NCBI GenBank assembly: GCA_963828125.1
Contig: CAWHDP010000002.1
Location: 1,857,054 to 1,921,053 of the forward strand
Length of the DNA stretch: 64,000 bases
Source: an uncultured Chlamydiae bacterium
Lineage (GTDB): Bacteria > Chlamydiota > Chlamydiia > Chlamydiales > SM23-39
Reading direction: 5' to 3'
Shown in pieces: positions 27,980 to 39,016 of this stretch. Below the pieces are notes generated by a model that saw nothing but the letters and a program-made list of their open reading frames with translations, did not search any database and was not told the DNA's origin. The position numbers and the translations under genes are program-made. Position 1 is the stretch's first letter. Every line of letters starts with the position of its first letter.

Positions 27980-30607
27980 ATGGGGTCTTTAGCTGCAGGT
28001 CTTTGTTGTTGGTCGAACAGTTATGGGAGTACGGAACGGCGCATCCAGGTGAGGAACGTCACGCAAGGGGGCAATCATCTCCTCGCAGCTGAGCCTCTCG
28101 GCGCCCAGGCGATGTGGGCTTGGCCTGTAATGGCTGAGGTGGCTCAGGTTGTCGGCGGAGGGCCCCTGTATGCCTTGGCTCAATTCTTCCGCATCGCATT
28201 CAACCCGCTTGTCAGCTATCCGCTTGCTATTGGTTCCTGCGCGGTCAAAGAGCGGTTTTACGAAGGGAGCGTGGCCGTGACTGCGGCCCCGCAGACGAAA
28301 TATTTTGTTCGTGGAGCAGTTACCGACGAGGAGCCCACTCTGGGGACGGTCTCATTGAAGGTGGAGGGTGAGCTCAGACATTTCCTCGTGGGAGAGGAGA
28401 TCACTTGGACTGTTGAGAATAGCACGATAGACAACGGGAAGCGTTACTATTTTTCCATGTTGAAGAAGGACGAGGTTTTTGATGATCAATGCCGAGAGAT
28501 CGATTTGCCGAATAAAGGGAAAGTTCGGGTGCGGCTCGGATGGGAGATAGACGAAAAGTTTATTGCGAAAACGGAAGGGGGAAGGACGAATTATTACCGT
28601 TTAGGGAATGAGGTGGCAAAGCCCATCCCAGAGGTGGTATGTGCGGGAGGGCGCGCTCGTAAGCGTGTGAGGATGGAAGAGGTGGCTCAGGAGCGGCCGG
28701 ATTCTGTGAAGATCGAAGCTGATGCATTGACTCTCTATTATGACACAGGGCTGGAAATCGACGCTCCCAGAGATGGCTCCTATAGCTTTATGATCAACGG
28801 CCAGCAGAGACACTTTGCGAGCGCCAAATATGTCAGTAGTCCCAGTTTGGGACTGTCTGGTGTATGGAATCTGATCTCCAAACTTCCGATCAAACTGCCC
28901 ACTCGACTCAGCCGTTTCGCGACGCGAACCTTCGATTGGCTGAGTGCAAATATGAGCCAGATCATCCGGATTGCACTGACTGTTTCTGGAGTTGTTTTTG
29001 CCTTTTTCGGACACGGCTATATGGCGCTCGGAGTGTTAGCTGCCGTTTCATACGAATACCTCAACCACGACTTAGGGGTCATTCCGAGGAGGGTGAGCCT
29101 CTTTATGGAGAGATGGATGCCGGCGATCTCGATGGTAGGGCTTTTGATCGTGGGCTCTTTGACGAGCCAGATCATGGCTGGAGCGAGCCTTCTCCTCATG
29201 ATCGCATCCGTAAATGTTTGGACTCATCACAAAGTCAGCAAGGCAGTCCGAGCTGTCCTCTTAGGGACGAAAGGTCTCATCAGAAGACTCGTCGAGCGCA
29301 AGGGAGGCGAAGTCTCGAATGTGGATGCATCCTATAAACTGCTCGAAGAGTTCCCCACGTTAGAGCAGTCCGAGGCGCCTTTTAACGACAGGAAGACATT
29401 GAATTTTGAAGAGATTCAGGCGATCTTAGATGCGAATGACGATCGGTATAGGATCAATCCAACGCATTTAACGAAGAACTTTGAGCCCCCTTTGAAGCTT
29501 GCAGAAAACTGGGATTTCGGCGAGTTGATCCGTCTTTGGGACAAGATCGGAGAGGGTTGGACTCAGCCTGACACGGCGAGGCGTTTATTAAGTAGGGCGG
29601 TCGATGACAAACGATTTATCGATTTTCTCAAAGTCAGATTCCCCGAGGCCAAGCGGTTCCATTACAAGGAAAATGAGGATCCACAGCGCCAGCGGGCGGC
29701 CCTAACCATGCATAAAAAGCAGATCGAAGGCTACGTTGAGATTTTGGCGAAAGAGAAAGGGTGTAGCTCAGAGCGATTCATCGCGGACTGGATCAAGGAG
29801 CAACTTAGATGTTTTGTAGAGAAACTCGAGGGACGTCGTCCTAGCGAGGGGCAGCATCGGTTTCTCTGCGACGCCGCCGAAAATACGGCACAGATCATCC
29901 CTTTCCTGCTCGATCCCAAAACCTTTCGTCTTTACGTGGAAGACGCCCTCGAAAAGATCGCTGTCGAGGGGGGAGATTATTGCGCTTTGGGAATGTGGCG
30001 CGCTTCCAACGAGGTCAAAGAGGGGTTTGTAGAGCCGCTGAGACAAGAGGCTCTGCAGTCTATGGAGCCACAAAAGGCGTTTGAATGTGAAGTGATGAAC
30101 ACTCTGCAAAGGATGAGATTGGCCGGAGGGCAGGCGTTTTTTAGAGAGGCGACTACCTGGTTGCAAAACAAAGAGGAGACGCAGGATACGGCTGCAGATA
30201 TTCACCTCCATCAAGCTATGACTCATGCATTGGGGCGGGGTTTGCTTCCTCTGCCAGAAAAAGAAAGGAACGATTTTTCTTTCATCGAACTCATGTTGAA
30301 CCAGACGCTGTTTCTTCCCCCTCAGATTGAGTTATTGAGACAATATCGGAGATGGTTGGATGATGCGGGTACGGGAATCGCAAATCTGGCTATTGATCGG
30401 ACCGATGTACGCCGAAACAAGGTTCTGGAATACTTGAGAGCTTGGGTGAACACAAATGACGCCCTTTCAGCTCAACAAAAAGAGACGCTCCTCACAGGGC
30501 CTTTATTGAATGACGACGAATCGAGGGCTGACTACAACAATCCCCCCAAGTGGAATCGGCTCTTCATGGTGGTTCTCGGCATCCTCGAGGAAAAACAGGG
30601 GCCATAA
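27980..30607 (+). CDS. Large hypothetical protein with central multi-TM block, candidate effector
   Basis: 875-aa ORF with AGGT upstream; several hydrophobic helices mid-protein; inserted between ptsN and clpC. Confidence 0.75.
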   Translation: MGSLAAGLCCWSNSYGSTERRIQVRNVTQGGNHLLAAEPLGAQAMWAWPVMAEVAQVVGGGPLYALAQFFRIAFNPLVSYPLAIGSCAVKERFYEGSVAVTAAPQTKYFVRGAVTDEEPTLGTVSLKVEGELRHFLVGEEITWTVENSTIDNGKRYYFSMLKKDEVFDDQCREIDLPNKGKVRVRLGWEIDEKFIAKTEGGRTNYYRLGNEVAKPIPEVVCAGGRARKRVRMEEVAQERPDSVKIEADALTLYYDTGLEIDAPRDGSYSFMINGQQRHFASAKYVSSPSLGLSGVWNLISKLPIKLPTRLSRFATRTFDWLSANMSQIIRIALTVSGVVFAFFGHGYMALGVLAAVSYEYLNHDLGVIPRRVSLFMERWMPAISMVGLLIVGSLTSQIMAGASLLLMIASVNVWTHHKVSKAVRAVLLGTKGLIRRLVERKGGEVSNVDASYKLLEEFPTLEQSEAPFNDRKTLNFEEIQAILDANDDRYRINPTHLTKNFEPPLKLAENWDFGELIRLWDKIGEGWTQPDTARRLLSRAVDDKRFIDFLKVRFPEAKRFHYKENEDPQRQRAALTMHKKQIEGYVEILAKEKGCSSERFIADWIKEQLRCFVEKLEGRRPSEGQHRFLCDAAENTAQIIPFLLDPKTFRLYVEDALEKIAVEGGDYCALGMWRASNEVKEGFVEPLRQEALQSMEPQKAFECEVMNTLQRMRLAGGQAFFREATTWLQNKEETQDTAADIHLHQAMTHALGRGLLPLPEKERNDFSFIELMLNQTLFLPPQIELLRQYRRWLDDAGTGIANLAIDRTDVRRNKVLEYLRAWVNTNDALSAQQKETLLTGPLLNDDESRADYNNPPKWNRLFMVVLGILEEKQGP

Positions 30608-30611
30608 GCCC

Positions 30612-33140
30612 CTATTTCTTCGCGAGTACGGTTTTTTCTTCGAGAGCGGCGTCTGGCTCCTCATCGATGAAAATGATCTGGCCCTCTTTGGCGGAGACGA
30701 GGTATTTTTTCGTCTGGTTCGGGTTTTGGAGCAATTTCTCGGAGAGGGGATCTTCGAGGAACTGTTCGATGATCCGGCGGAGCGGCCGCGCCCCCATCTC
30801 GGGCAAGTAGCCCTTCTCGACGAGGAGATCCCGTGCGGAGTTGTCGATAGCGACGAAGATATGCTTTTTCTCGAGGCGCCCCCTCAATTTATTGAATTCG
30901 AGATCGACGACTGAGCGGAGAGCGACTTTATCTAATGTGCGGAAGATGACGAGTCCGTCTAAACGGTTGATGAATTCGGGTTTGAAGTGTTTTTTCACAG
31001 CCCCTTCGATCTTCTCCTCCATCAACTTGTAATCCATGAGGCTCTCTTTCACCCCAAAACCGACCTCAGTCGATTTTCGGATCAGATCGGCCCCCAAGTT
31101 GGAGGTCATGATGACGATGGTATTCCGGAAGTCGATCTTCCTGCCGACGGAATCGGTGAGCCGCCCCTCTTCGAGAATTTGGAGGAGCAGATTCATCACA
31201 TCGGGGTGAGCTTTTTCGACCTCGTCGAATAAAATCACCGAATAGGGGCGTCTTCGAACCTGTTCTGTGAGCTGGCCCCCCTCTTCATAACCGACGTATC
31301 CTGGAGGCGAACCTGTCATCCGGCTGATCGCAAATTTCTCCATGTACTCGGACATGTCGACCTGGATCAGAGCGTCTTCGCCGCCGAACATATGAGAGGC
31401 GAGCAAACGGGCTAAATGGGTCTTCCCAACCCCGGTGGGTCCGAGGAAAAGGAAGGCGCCGATCGGCCGGTTCGGATCTTTGATATCGGCCCTGCTTCTC
31501 CGGATCGCCCTGCAAACTGTACCGAGGGCGTCATCCTGGCCGATGATCTTGAGCTTGAGCTCCTGTTCCATTTTCAGCACTTTTTCGGTCTCCCCTTCGG
31601 TCAAACGGGTCACCGGTATGCCTGTCTGCTTGGCCACGATATTTGCAATATCCTCTTCATCGACAATCGGCTGATGCTCGTCTTTATGCGACTCCCATTC
31701 GGCGCGAGTTTTCTGCAAATCTTCTCTTAAATGTTTTTCGTTATCTCTCAGCTTCGCCGCCTTTTCGTATTCCTGGTGGCCGATGGCCTCCTCTTTCGCT
31801 ACGCGGGCCTGCTCAATTTTCTCTTCCAGCTCGGTTAGATTCGACGGCTGATGCATCATGGAGATGCGGGCTTTCGCTCCCGCCTCGTCGAGTAAATCGA
31901 TCGCCTTATCGGGCAAAAATCTTCCCGAAATATAGCGCTCCGACTGGTAGACGGCCGCTTTCACAGCGGCGTCTGTATAGATGCACTTGTGATGCTCTTC
32001 GTATTTCGGCTTCAGCCCGGTCAAGATCAAGATACTCTCTTCCACAGAAGGGGGCTGGACGATAATCTTTTGGAATCTCCGCTCCAAGGCAGGATCCTTC
32101 TCGATATGCTTCCGGTACTCGTCGAGCGTCGTAGCGCCGATGCACTGGATTTCCCCCCGAGACAAAGCGGGCTTCAGGATATTGGAGGCGTCGATCGCCC
32201 CCTCTGCGGCGCCAGCCCCAACGATCGTGTGGATTTCGTCAATGAATAGAAGGACGTTCCCGTTCTTCTTGATCTCGTCCATCACTGCCTTGATCCGCTC
32301 TTCGAACTGGCCTCTATATTTCGTGCCGGCAATCATTAAAGTCAGATCCAAGGAAATCAACTTTTTTTTCCTGAGATTATCCGGGACGTCGCCTCGGACG
32401 ATCGCGTGGGCAAGCCCCTCGACGATGGCTGTTTTGCCAACCCCTGCCTCGCCAATCAAAACCGGATTGTTTTTGCGCCGTCTGCACAGGATTAAAATCA
32501 GCCGCTCGACCTCGTCTCTCCTCCCGATGACCGGATCCATTTTCCCTTCGCGGCAAAGCTCGGTCAAATCGTGGCCGTACGCCCGGAGCGCCGGCATTTT
32601 ATCAGTCACAGGGGCCGACCCGGACGACATCCGCTCTTGCGGAGCATTCGGTTGCCCATTGGCTGGAGGAGGGTTGGCTCCCATCGGCGGCAATTGGAGA
32701 TTGAACGTCTCAAGCTCTTTCAGCACCTCTTTCCGAATCTCTTTCAGATTCACATTCAGATTCTCGAGGACCTGCGCCGCCACCCCGTCGGTTTGGCGGA
32801 GAAGAGCGAGTAAAAGGTGTTCCGTCCCCACATAATTATGGTTCAGACTGGCCGCCTCTTCGTTTGCATATTCAAACACTTTCTTGACTTTTCCAGTCAG
32901 AGCCGGATCCCCATAGACCTGTATTTCTGGCCCAAAGCCAATCATCCGCTCCACTTCGGCCCGGATCGCCTCATAGTCGAGATTCATGTTTCTCAGTACG
33001 TTGACCGCAATGCCTTGACCTAGTTTTAACAGCCCTAAAAGGACATGTTCTGTGCCTAAGTAATTGTGGTTCAGTCGCTGCGCCTCTTTTTTAGCGAGCT
33101 TGATGACCTGTTTTGCGCGATTGGTGAATTTATCAAACAT
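30612..33140 (-). CDS. clpC: ATP-dependent Clp protease ATP-binding subunit ClpC
   Basis: Clp N-domain repeats (GTEH.LL), two AAA modules ([16 protein letters not shown]), UVR-type linker and VGF loop. Confidence 0.96.
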   Translation of the reverse strand: MFDKFTNRAKQVIKLAKKEAQRLNHNYLGTEHVLLGLLKLGQGIAVNVLRNMNLDYEAIRAEVERMIGFGPEIQVYGDPALTGKVKKVFEYANEEAASLNHNYVGTEHLLLALLRQTDGVAAQVLENLNVNLKEIRKEVLKELETFNLQLPPMGANPPPANGQPNAPQERMSSGSAPVTDKMPALRAYGHDLTELCREGKMDPVIGRRDEVERLILILCRRRKNNPVLIGEAGVGKTAIVEGLAHAIVRGDVPDNLRKKKLISLDLTLMIAGTKYRGQFEERIKAVMDEIKKNGNVLLFIDEIHTIVGAGAAEGAIDASNILKPALSRGEIQCIGATTLDEYRKHIEKDPALERRFQKIIVQPPSVEESILILTGLKPKYEEHHKCIYTDAAVKAAVYQSERYISGRFLPDKAIDLLDEAGAKARISMMHQPSNLTELEEKIEQARVAKEEAIGHQEYEKAAKLRDNEKHLREDLQKTRAEWESHKDEHQPIVDEEDIANIVAKQTGIPVTRLTEGETEKVLKMEQELKLKIIGQDDALGTVCRAIRRSRADIKDPNRPIGAFLFLGPTGVGKTHLARLLASHMFGGEDALIQVDMSEYMEKFAISRMTGSPPGYVGYEEGGQLTEQVRRRPYSVILFDEVEKAHPDVMNLLLQILEEGRLTDSVGRKIDFRNTIVIMTSNLGADLIRKSTEVGFGVKESLMDYKLMEEKIEGAVKKHFKPEFINRLDGLVIFRTLDKVALRSVVDLEFNKLRGRLEKKHIFVAIDNSARDLLVEKGYLPEMGARPLRRIIEQFLEDPLSEKLLQNPNQTKKYLVSAKEGQIIFIDEEPDAALEEKTVLAKK

Positions 33141-33265
33141 GAGGAACCCTTTTCTTTATTATAACCCTTTCGAGTTTTTTTCTCGACATCCTAGGCAAAA
33201 TGTTGGTAGTCTCAAAGATCTTTCTAATAAAGCCTCTATCATTCTTTGTGAAGTGAAATTTTTTT

Positions 33266-33973
33266 ATGCTCGAAATCTTAGACACTGGAGCAGACTCGGC
33301 TATCGCCAATATGCGATTCGACGAGAAGCTCTTAGAGACATTAGAGCCGCACGGCTCTCCGATTCTCCACCTATATGGATGGAGCCGCCCTTCGGCCACG
33401 TACGGCTATTTCATCCGGCCTGAAAATCATCTCGATCTCAAAAAAGCCGAAGACCATCAAATGGATCTTGCCCGTAGACCCACCGGCGGCGGGATCGTCT
33501 TTCACATTTGGGATTTAGCCTTCTCTTTTCTGATGCCGGCAGCTCACCCCCGTTTTTCTCTCGGCACATTGGACAACTACCGGTTCGTCAACGGCGCTGT
33601 ATTACAAACTGTCCAAGAATATTTTCATTGTTCTCCAGAATTGATCCCCCAAGACGCCCCATCAGCCTCTTCCGACGGCCGCCATTTTTGCATGGCAGGG
33701 CCGACCCGATACGACGTGGTCTGCCAGGGGATGAAAATCGCCGGCGCCGCTCAGAGAAAAACGCGGCAAGGCTATCTGCATCAGGGAACCCTTTCACTCG
33801 GCGCCCCGAACATCGAATTGTTACATGATCTCCTCCCCTCCAAACAGGAAGTTCTGCAGGCGATGAGTTCTTCGACCTTTGCGCCAGTAAAAGAGATCAA
33901 TCGATTGCCCAAAATCCGTAAGGAGCTACAAAAACTCCTTGCCGACAAACTCCGCAACGCCCTAGAATTTTAG
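33266..33973 (+). CDS. Lipoate-protein ligase family protein
   Basis: NM..DE.LL, RRPTGGGIVFH and KIAGAAQ motifs. Confidence 0.9.
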   Translation: MLEILDTGADSAIANMRFDEKLLETLEPHGSPILHLYGWSRPSATYGYFIRPENHLDLKKAEDHQMDLARRPTGGGIVFHIWDLAFSFLMPAAHPRFSLGTLDNYRFVNGAVLQTVQEYFHCSPELIPQDAPSASSDGRHFCMAGPTRYDVVCQGMKIAGAAQRKTRQGYLHQGTLSLGAPNIELLHDLLPSKQEVLQAMSSSTFAPVKEINRLPKIRKELQKLLADKLRNALEF

Positions 33974-33976
33974 CCT

Positions 33977-35482
33977 ATGACAAAACAAAAAGCTCGCACA
34001 GCCATCACCCCGACTCGCGAAGAGAACTACCCAGAGTGGTATCAATCCGTTTTGAAAGCCGCCGATTTAGCCGAACACTCGCCCGTGCGCGGCTGCATGG
34101 TCATTAAGCCTTGGGGTTATGCCATCTGGGAGAACATCCAGAAAATTTTAGACGGAGCTTTTAAAGCGACAGGGCACCAGAACGCCTATTTTCCCCTCTT
34201 CATCCCCCTTAGCTACATGGAGAAAGAGGCCCAGCACGTCGAAGGATTTGCCAAAGAGTGCGCGGTCGTCACCCATCACCGCCTGGAGAAGGGGACAGAC
34301 GGGAAACTCGTCCCCGCAGGCGAACTCGAAGAGCCGCTGATCGTCCGCCCCACCTCGGAGATGATCATCGGCCACACCTTTGCCAAGTGGGTCGAATCGT
34401 ACCGCGATCTTCCCCTGTTGATTAACCAATGGGCCAATGTAGTCCGCTGGGAAATGCGGACCCGGATGTTCCTCAGAACCACCGAATTTCTCTGGCAGGA
34501 AGGGCACACCGTACACGCCACGGCGGAAGAGGCGATGGGTGAGACGAAAAAGATGCTCGAAGTCTATTCCGATTTTTGCCAAACGTACCTTGCCCTCCCT
34601 GTGATTCGAGGGGAGAAGAGCGAATCGGAGCGGTTTCCAGGAGCGGTCCATACGTACACCATCGAGGCGATGATGCAGGACAGAAAAGCGCTTCAGTGCG
34701 GAACCTCCCATTTCCTTGGCCAAAACTTCGCCAAGTCATGCGGCATCCAATTTCAGAACATCGACGGGAACCAAGAATATGGGTGGACCACCTCGTGGGG
34801 CGCTACAACTCGTCTAATCGGCGCGATGATTATGACTCACAGCGACGACGACGGACTCGTGCTGCCCCCCCGAATTGCCTCCGCCCACCTCGTCATCCTC
34901 CCGATCATTCACACTGACGAGGCCCGCCCCAAAGTGCTCCAAACCTGCGAGGAGCTTGCCGCCCGTCTGAAAAAAATCGACTACCAAGGACAGCCCCTCC
35001 GCGTGATCATCGATGCGCGCGATCTCCGCAGCGGTGAAAAATCGTGGCAATGGATCAAGAAGGGGATCCCGCTCAGGCTTGAAGTGGGCCTGAGAGAGAT
35101 CGAAGCGGGCCAATTCAATATTTGCCGGAGGGACAAACCTCACCGTGAAGTTTCCCCGTTCTCTGAACAGGCCGTTGTGCCGCTTCTCGAGGAGATCCAG
35201 GAACATTTATTGGCGAAGGCCGTCGCCTTCCGCGACCGGTATACCGTTGAGATCGACGACAAAAAAGAATTCTACGACTTTTTTAGCGGGAAAGGGGAGG
35301 AGATCCACGGCGGTTTTGCTCTCTGCCATTGGAATAGAGATCCAGCCATTGAAGCAAAGCTCAAAGAGGATCTGAATGTGACGATCCGGTGTATCCCATT
35401 CCATCTGCCTGCGCAGCCGGGCCGGTGTTTATTTACCGGGGAGCCGAGTCCGCAAAGAGTGATTTTCGCCAAGTCCTATTAA
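33977..35482 (+). CDS. proS: Proline--tRNA ligase (archaeal/eukaryote-like type)
   Basis: RPTSE, QWANVVRWE, FLRT.EFLWQEGHT and C-terminal FAKSY. Confidence 0.96.
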   Translation: MTKQKARTAITPTREENYPEWYQSVLKAADLAEHSPVRGCMVIKPWGYAIWENIQKILDGAFKATGHQNAYFPLFIPLSYMEKEAQHVEGFAKECAVVTHHRLEKGTDGKLVPAGELEEPLIVRPTSEMIIGHTFAKWVESYRDLPLLINQWANVVRWEMRTRMFLRTTEFLWQEGHTVHATAEEAMGETKKMLEVYSDFCQTYLALPVIRGEKSESERFPGAVHTYTIEAMMQDRKALQCGTSHFLGQNFAKSCGIQFQNIDGNQEYGWTTSWGATTRLIGAMIMTHSDDDGLVLPPRIASAHLVILPIIHTDEARPKVLQTCEELAARLKKIDYQGQPLRVIIDARDLRSGEKSWQWIKKGIPLRLEVGLREIEAGQFNICRRDKPHREVSPFSEQAVVPLLEEIQEHLLAKAVAFRDRYTVEIDDKKEFYDFFSGKGEEIHGGFALCHWNRDPAIEAKLKEDLNVTIRCIPFHLPAQPGRCLFTGEPSPQRVIFAKSY

Positions 35483-35555
35483 ATTTTTTCACGCGGAGCT
35501 TGAATCCAATCTCACTATTTGCTAACATGATGTCTCTTTTTCCAAAGAGTGTTCC

Positions 35556-37559
35556 ATGCTCGAGTTTTTTCGGATCTATCAGCGTTACTTTTTCCTAGTG
35601 ATCAGTGTTGTTCTTGTCTGCTCGCTTTTGTTTTTTGGGACGTACAGCACCTTTGGCGGCGGCGAGGAGCGTCCCGACCTGACCATTGGCCAAAAGATCG
35701 ACGGCTCCTCAATGACCCTCTTCGAAGTGCAAAAGCTCTCCCGTTTCATCGCGGCCGACAGGGAGGATGTGCCTGAGAGCCGAGGCGCCCTCCCCAACCT
35801 TTGCAACGACGGCGTGATCCGCTACGATTTTCTTAAAGACGGGCTAGCGAGCCTCATCGTTGGCCCGTATTTTGACGCTCTGAAAGGGGAGTTGGAAGAT
35901 CGCCTTGAGAGAATCAAACGGTTTAAGCCCTACGTCCACCCGGAGGCCTCTTTTCTCAGTGCGAAGACCATCTGGAATCAATTCGTCCCCGAAATAAATC
36001 GGGAGATCGGCGGCTTGCAAGGGGAGAGCGCCGCCTCCCTCTCCGTGTTTTCCCGCCTCGAGCGGCTGTATCAACTGCAGGGGAGACTTCAGCCTGAAAC
36101 GCTCCGCCAGATCCTCATCTACCAGCACCGGCAGTACCCTTGGCTCACCGTCGATCAGAGGCTCTCCTATGAGGATCTCTCCCTCTTTGGTTTCCATTCG
36201 GCGAGCGACTGGTTTGGCCGCCGCTTTATCGATCTCATCTCCGAGTTTATATTGAACGCCGCCGCTGCTGCTGAGGGAAAAGGGTATCGGGTCAGCCTCC
36301 AGGAGGCAAAAGGGGACTTGATTCACCATTTCCAAGAGTCGATTCAAAAACTGACTGACGCGAAAGCGAACCCTGAAATCAGCTTCCACAGCCACCTCCG
36401 GACTCTCGGTTTCGATGAGAAATCGGCCTCAGAGGTGTGGCGCAAAGTGCTTCTCTTCCGCCGTTATTTTCAGGACGTCGGCGCAGCCGCCTTTGTCGAT
36501 CGGCTCCCCTACAAAGATTTCGCCGAATACGCCAAAGAGGCGGCCGTTGTCCAAACCTATCGCTGGCCTATCGTCCTCCGCAATCATCAAGATCTCGCCG
36601 AATTCCGATTTTATGTGAAAGCGATTTCCCCCAAAGGGACCACCCTTTTGCCGACAGCGATTTTACCGGTCGAAGAGGTCGAAAAAAAGGTGCCTCAGCT
36701 CGTCTCTAGAACCTATCGCGGCGCCGTTGCCGAAGTGTCCAAAAAAGAGCTCGCGTTGAGGGCCACCTTAAAGCAAATTTGGGATTGGGAGACCGACGAA
36801 TCTCATTGGCCTCTATTGAAAAACCAATTTTCACTGCCAACAGCTCAAGATGTGAACGAGCGGTTCAAAATTTTAGAGCAGCTGGAAGCTACAAAACGGA
36901 CCGAAATCGACGCTTGGGTGCGGGAGAAACTGGTCGATGAGAATCCTATTTGGCTCGAAGAGGCCCTCGCCTCCGCCCCCAAAAATGAGAAAACCTGGAC
37001 TGTTTCCGGCGCTGAGACGCCCTACGACTCTCCCTATATTCGCGTTGAACATCAAGAGCTTGTCCAGGAAAAACACATTCTCCCATTCAATGAGGCGAGA
37101 GAAGCCCTTGCCAAGCTCGTTCCGAAAACGGCCGAGGAAGAGTACGATCCGAGAAAAAGCCCCTTTGCGCTTATCGGGAAAGAGGCTCTCGCCGCCTTAG
37201 AGCAGGACAGGGGAGATCTCCGCTGGGTCCAGAGCGGCGCCGACCCTCTGCTCGATCAATTTAAGTTAGAAAGAACAGAGCAAACGATTTTGCGCACTTC
37301 AAAAGAGGATTGGATGAAAGAACAAGTATTTCTACTCTCCGTTGGCCTCTGGTCTCCCATACATGTAGCTGAGAATGGGGAAGTTGCCTTTTTTTATGTA
37401 CAAGAGAAAAAGACAAATCCTGTCCCTATTCTGGATCAACTTGCCTTTGGCAAGGAAACGTTGGCGGCCGACGCCAAGGCCTATGTTGCAGAAAAGTTGC
37501 TGCACGCAATCAAAAAGAAACAAGCAATCGTGATCCCCATCCAAAAGGAGGATGAATGA
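35556..37559 (+). CDS. Conserved chlamydial membrane-anchored hypothetical protein (CT283-like position)
   Basis: ML.FFR.YQR.FF plus N-terminal TM helix; located upstream of gcvH as in Chlamydia. Confidence 0.75.
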   Translation: MLEFFRIYQRYFFLVISVVLVCSLLFFGTYSTFGGGEERPDLTIGQKIDGSSMTLFEVQKLSRFIAADREDVPESRGALPNLCNDGVIRYDFLKDGLASLIVGPYFDALKGELEDRLERIKRFKPYVHPEASFLSAKTIWNQFVPEINREIGGLQGESAASLSVFSRLERLYQLQGRLQPETLRQILIYQHRQYPWLTVDQRLSYEDLSLFGFHSASDWFGRRFIDLISEFILNAAAAAEGKGYRVSLQEAKGDLIHHFQESIQKLTDAKANPEISFHSHLRTLGFDEKSASEVWRKVLLFRRYFQDVGAAAFVDRLPYKDFAEYAKEAAVVQTYRWPIVLRNHQDLAEFRFYVKAISPKGTTLLPTAILPVEEVEKKVPQLVSRTYRGAVAEVSKKELALRATLKQIWDWETDESHWPLLKNQFSLPTAQDVNERFKILEQLEATKRTEIDAWVREKLVDENPIWLEEALASAPKNEKTWTVSGAETPYDSPYIRVEHQELVQEKHILPFNEAREALAKLVPKTAEEEYDPRKSPFALIGKEALAALEQDRGDLRWVQSGADPLLDQFKLERTEQTILRTSKEDWMKEQVFLLSVGLWSPIHVAENGEVAFFYVQEKKTNPVPILDQLAFGKETLAADAKAYVAEKLLHAIKKKQAIVIPIQKEDE

Positions 37560-38200
37560 GCCTATTTGAAGATCTTCCGGCCCTTTCCCCCGTTCAATTT
37601 TTCGGGCTTACGGCCGATTCCCAATTTATCCGAGGCGTCCTCAAACCGGAGAAGACCCATCTCCTTCCCTCTACGAGCGACCTCTTAGACGAAGAGTCGT
37701 TTGCCGACGTCTATAGCGCTTGGAACTTTGAGAAGCTCTGTTTTTATATTGCCGTCCACCGCCCTTTTCAAAAGATAGGGGAGCCCGATTTTCGGAAAGG
37801 GGAGAGCGTCGAGCTTTTCATCGACACTCGCGATCTCAAAACGACAGCGGAGAGGACCCCTTATTGCCACCATTTTGTCTTTTTCCCCGTCCTCTATCAG
37901 AACTTTCTCGGCAGGGAGATCACCCGCTTCCGCAATGAAGAGACCCACCGCCTCTGCCATCCCGAAGATCTCCAAATCACCGCCGACCTCGACGATTCCT
38001 CCTATCGCCTCTCCATCGAGATTCCGTCCCACTGCCTCCACGGTTATGATCCCCTCAGTTTTTCCCGCATCGGGTTCACCTATCGGATCAACCGGACCGA
38101 AGGGCCCCCGCAGCACTTTGCCGTCTCCTCGGAGGAGTACAACATCGAGCAGCACCCAGCCACGTGGGGAACCCTCAAACTCCTCAAAGACAGCGAATGA
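37556..38200 (+). CDS. Hypothetical protein, possible CBM9/DOMON-like beta-sandwich
   Basis: SVELFIDTRD, Y...IEIP and IGFTYRIN pattern; coupled to both neighbours. Confidence 0.6.
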   Translation: MSLFEDLPALSPVQFFGLTADSQFIRGVLKPEKTHLLPSTSDLLDEESFADVYSAWNFEKLCFYIAVHRPFQKIGEPDFRKGESVELFIDTRDLKTTAERTPYCHHFVFFPVLYQNFLGREITRFRNEETHRLCHPEDLQITADLDDSSYRLSIEIPSHCLHGYDPLSFSRIGFTYRINRTEGPPQHFAVSSEEYNIEQHPATWGTLKLLKDSE

Positions 38201-38562
38201 AGCACTATACTGAATCGCACGAATGGATTGAACTCAACGGGAAAGCGGGGACTGTCGGCGTGACCCACTACGCGCAAAACGAACTCGGGGAGATCGTCTA
38301 CATCGAGCTCCCCAAGCTCGGCCTTCACGTGAAAGCAGGCCAAGAGGTCGCCGTCCTCGAGTCGACCAAAGCGGCCGCCGACGTTTATGCCCCTATGTCT
38401 GGCAAAATCATCGCCGTGAACGAGGCCCTTCGGGAGAACCCCGCCTCGATCAATCAGAGTCCCGAAAGCGCCTCCTGGCTTTTCCAAATCGAGATCACCC
38501 ACCCAAAAGAACTCGATCACCTCTTGACCGAGCAGCGCTATCAAGCCCTCATTGCGCATTAA
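38197..38562 (+). CDS. gcvH: Glycine cleavage system H protein
   Basis: YTESHEWI, G.T.YAQ.ELG and ES.KA lipoyl-Lys motif. Confidence 0.93.
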   Translation: MKHYTESHEWIELNGKAGTVGVTHYAQNELGEIVYIELPKLGLHVKAGQEVAVLESTKAAADVYAPMSGKIIAVNEALRENPASINQSPESASWLFQIEITHPKELDHLLTEQRYQALIAH

Positions 38563-38571
38563 AGATCTGGG

Positions 38572-38598
38572 CTGGACATTGGGCATTTCTCAGCGCTG
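38572..38598 (+). repeat. Dispersed copy of the 17.24-kb inverted-repeat arm
   Basis: CTGGACATTGGGCATTTCTCAGCGCTG is 25/27 identical to 17245-17271. Confidence 0.8.
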
Positions 38599-39016
38599 GG
38601 CGTCCAGGGCTTTGACTTGGATTCAAAATCCAAGTGATTGGCCGATGATTGTATACATGTCTAGCCCGCATTTCTCACAGAGCGGAAGAAGTTCGCGAAT
38701 AAAAGGCATTTTGTACTTTAAAAACACCAAAACCAGGTGATGGGGATTGATTTTTTAAGGATGAGTGAATTTTTTGACCCGACTGTCGCAAAAATTGGCG
38801 TCTAGAAATAAAAACAGACCGTTTCTGAGGAATTTCTAGGCAGCCCGAACCGTTTTGACGTCTATGCGCTCTAAAAATTGAGACAGTTTTTATCCCGAAA
38901 TCTCCTCTCATTTTTTTCTCCCGACATTGCGGATAGGCTCGTCAAGTCACATTTTTATTTGGTAGACAATAAAATATTTTATACTCCATACTGGGCCTGC
39001 GCATTTTTTGTGGTGT

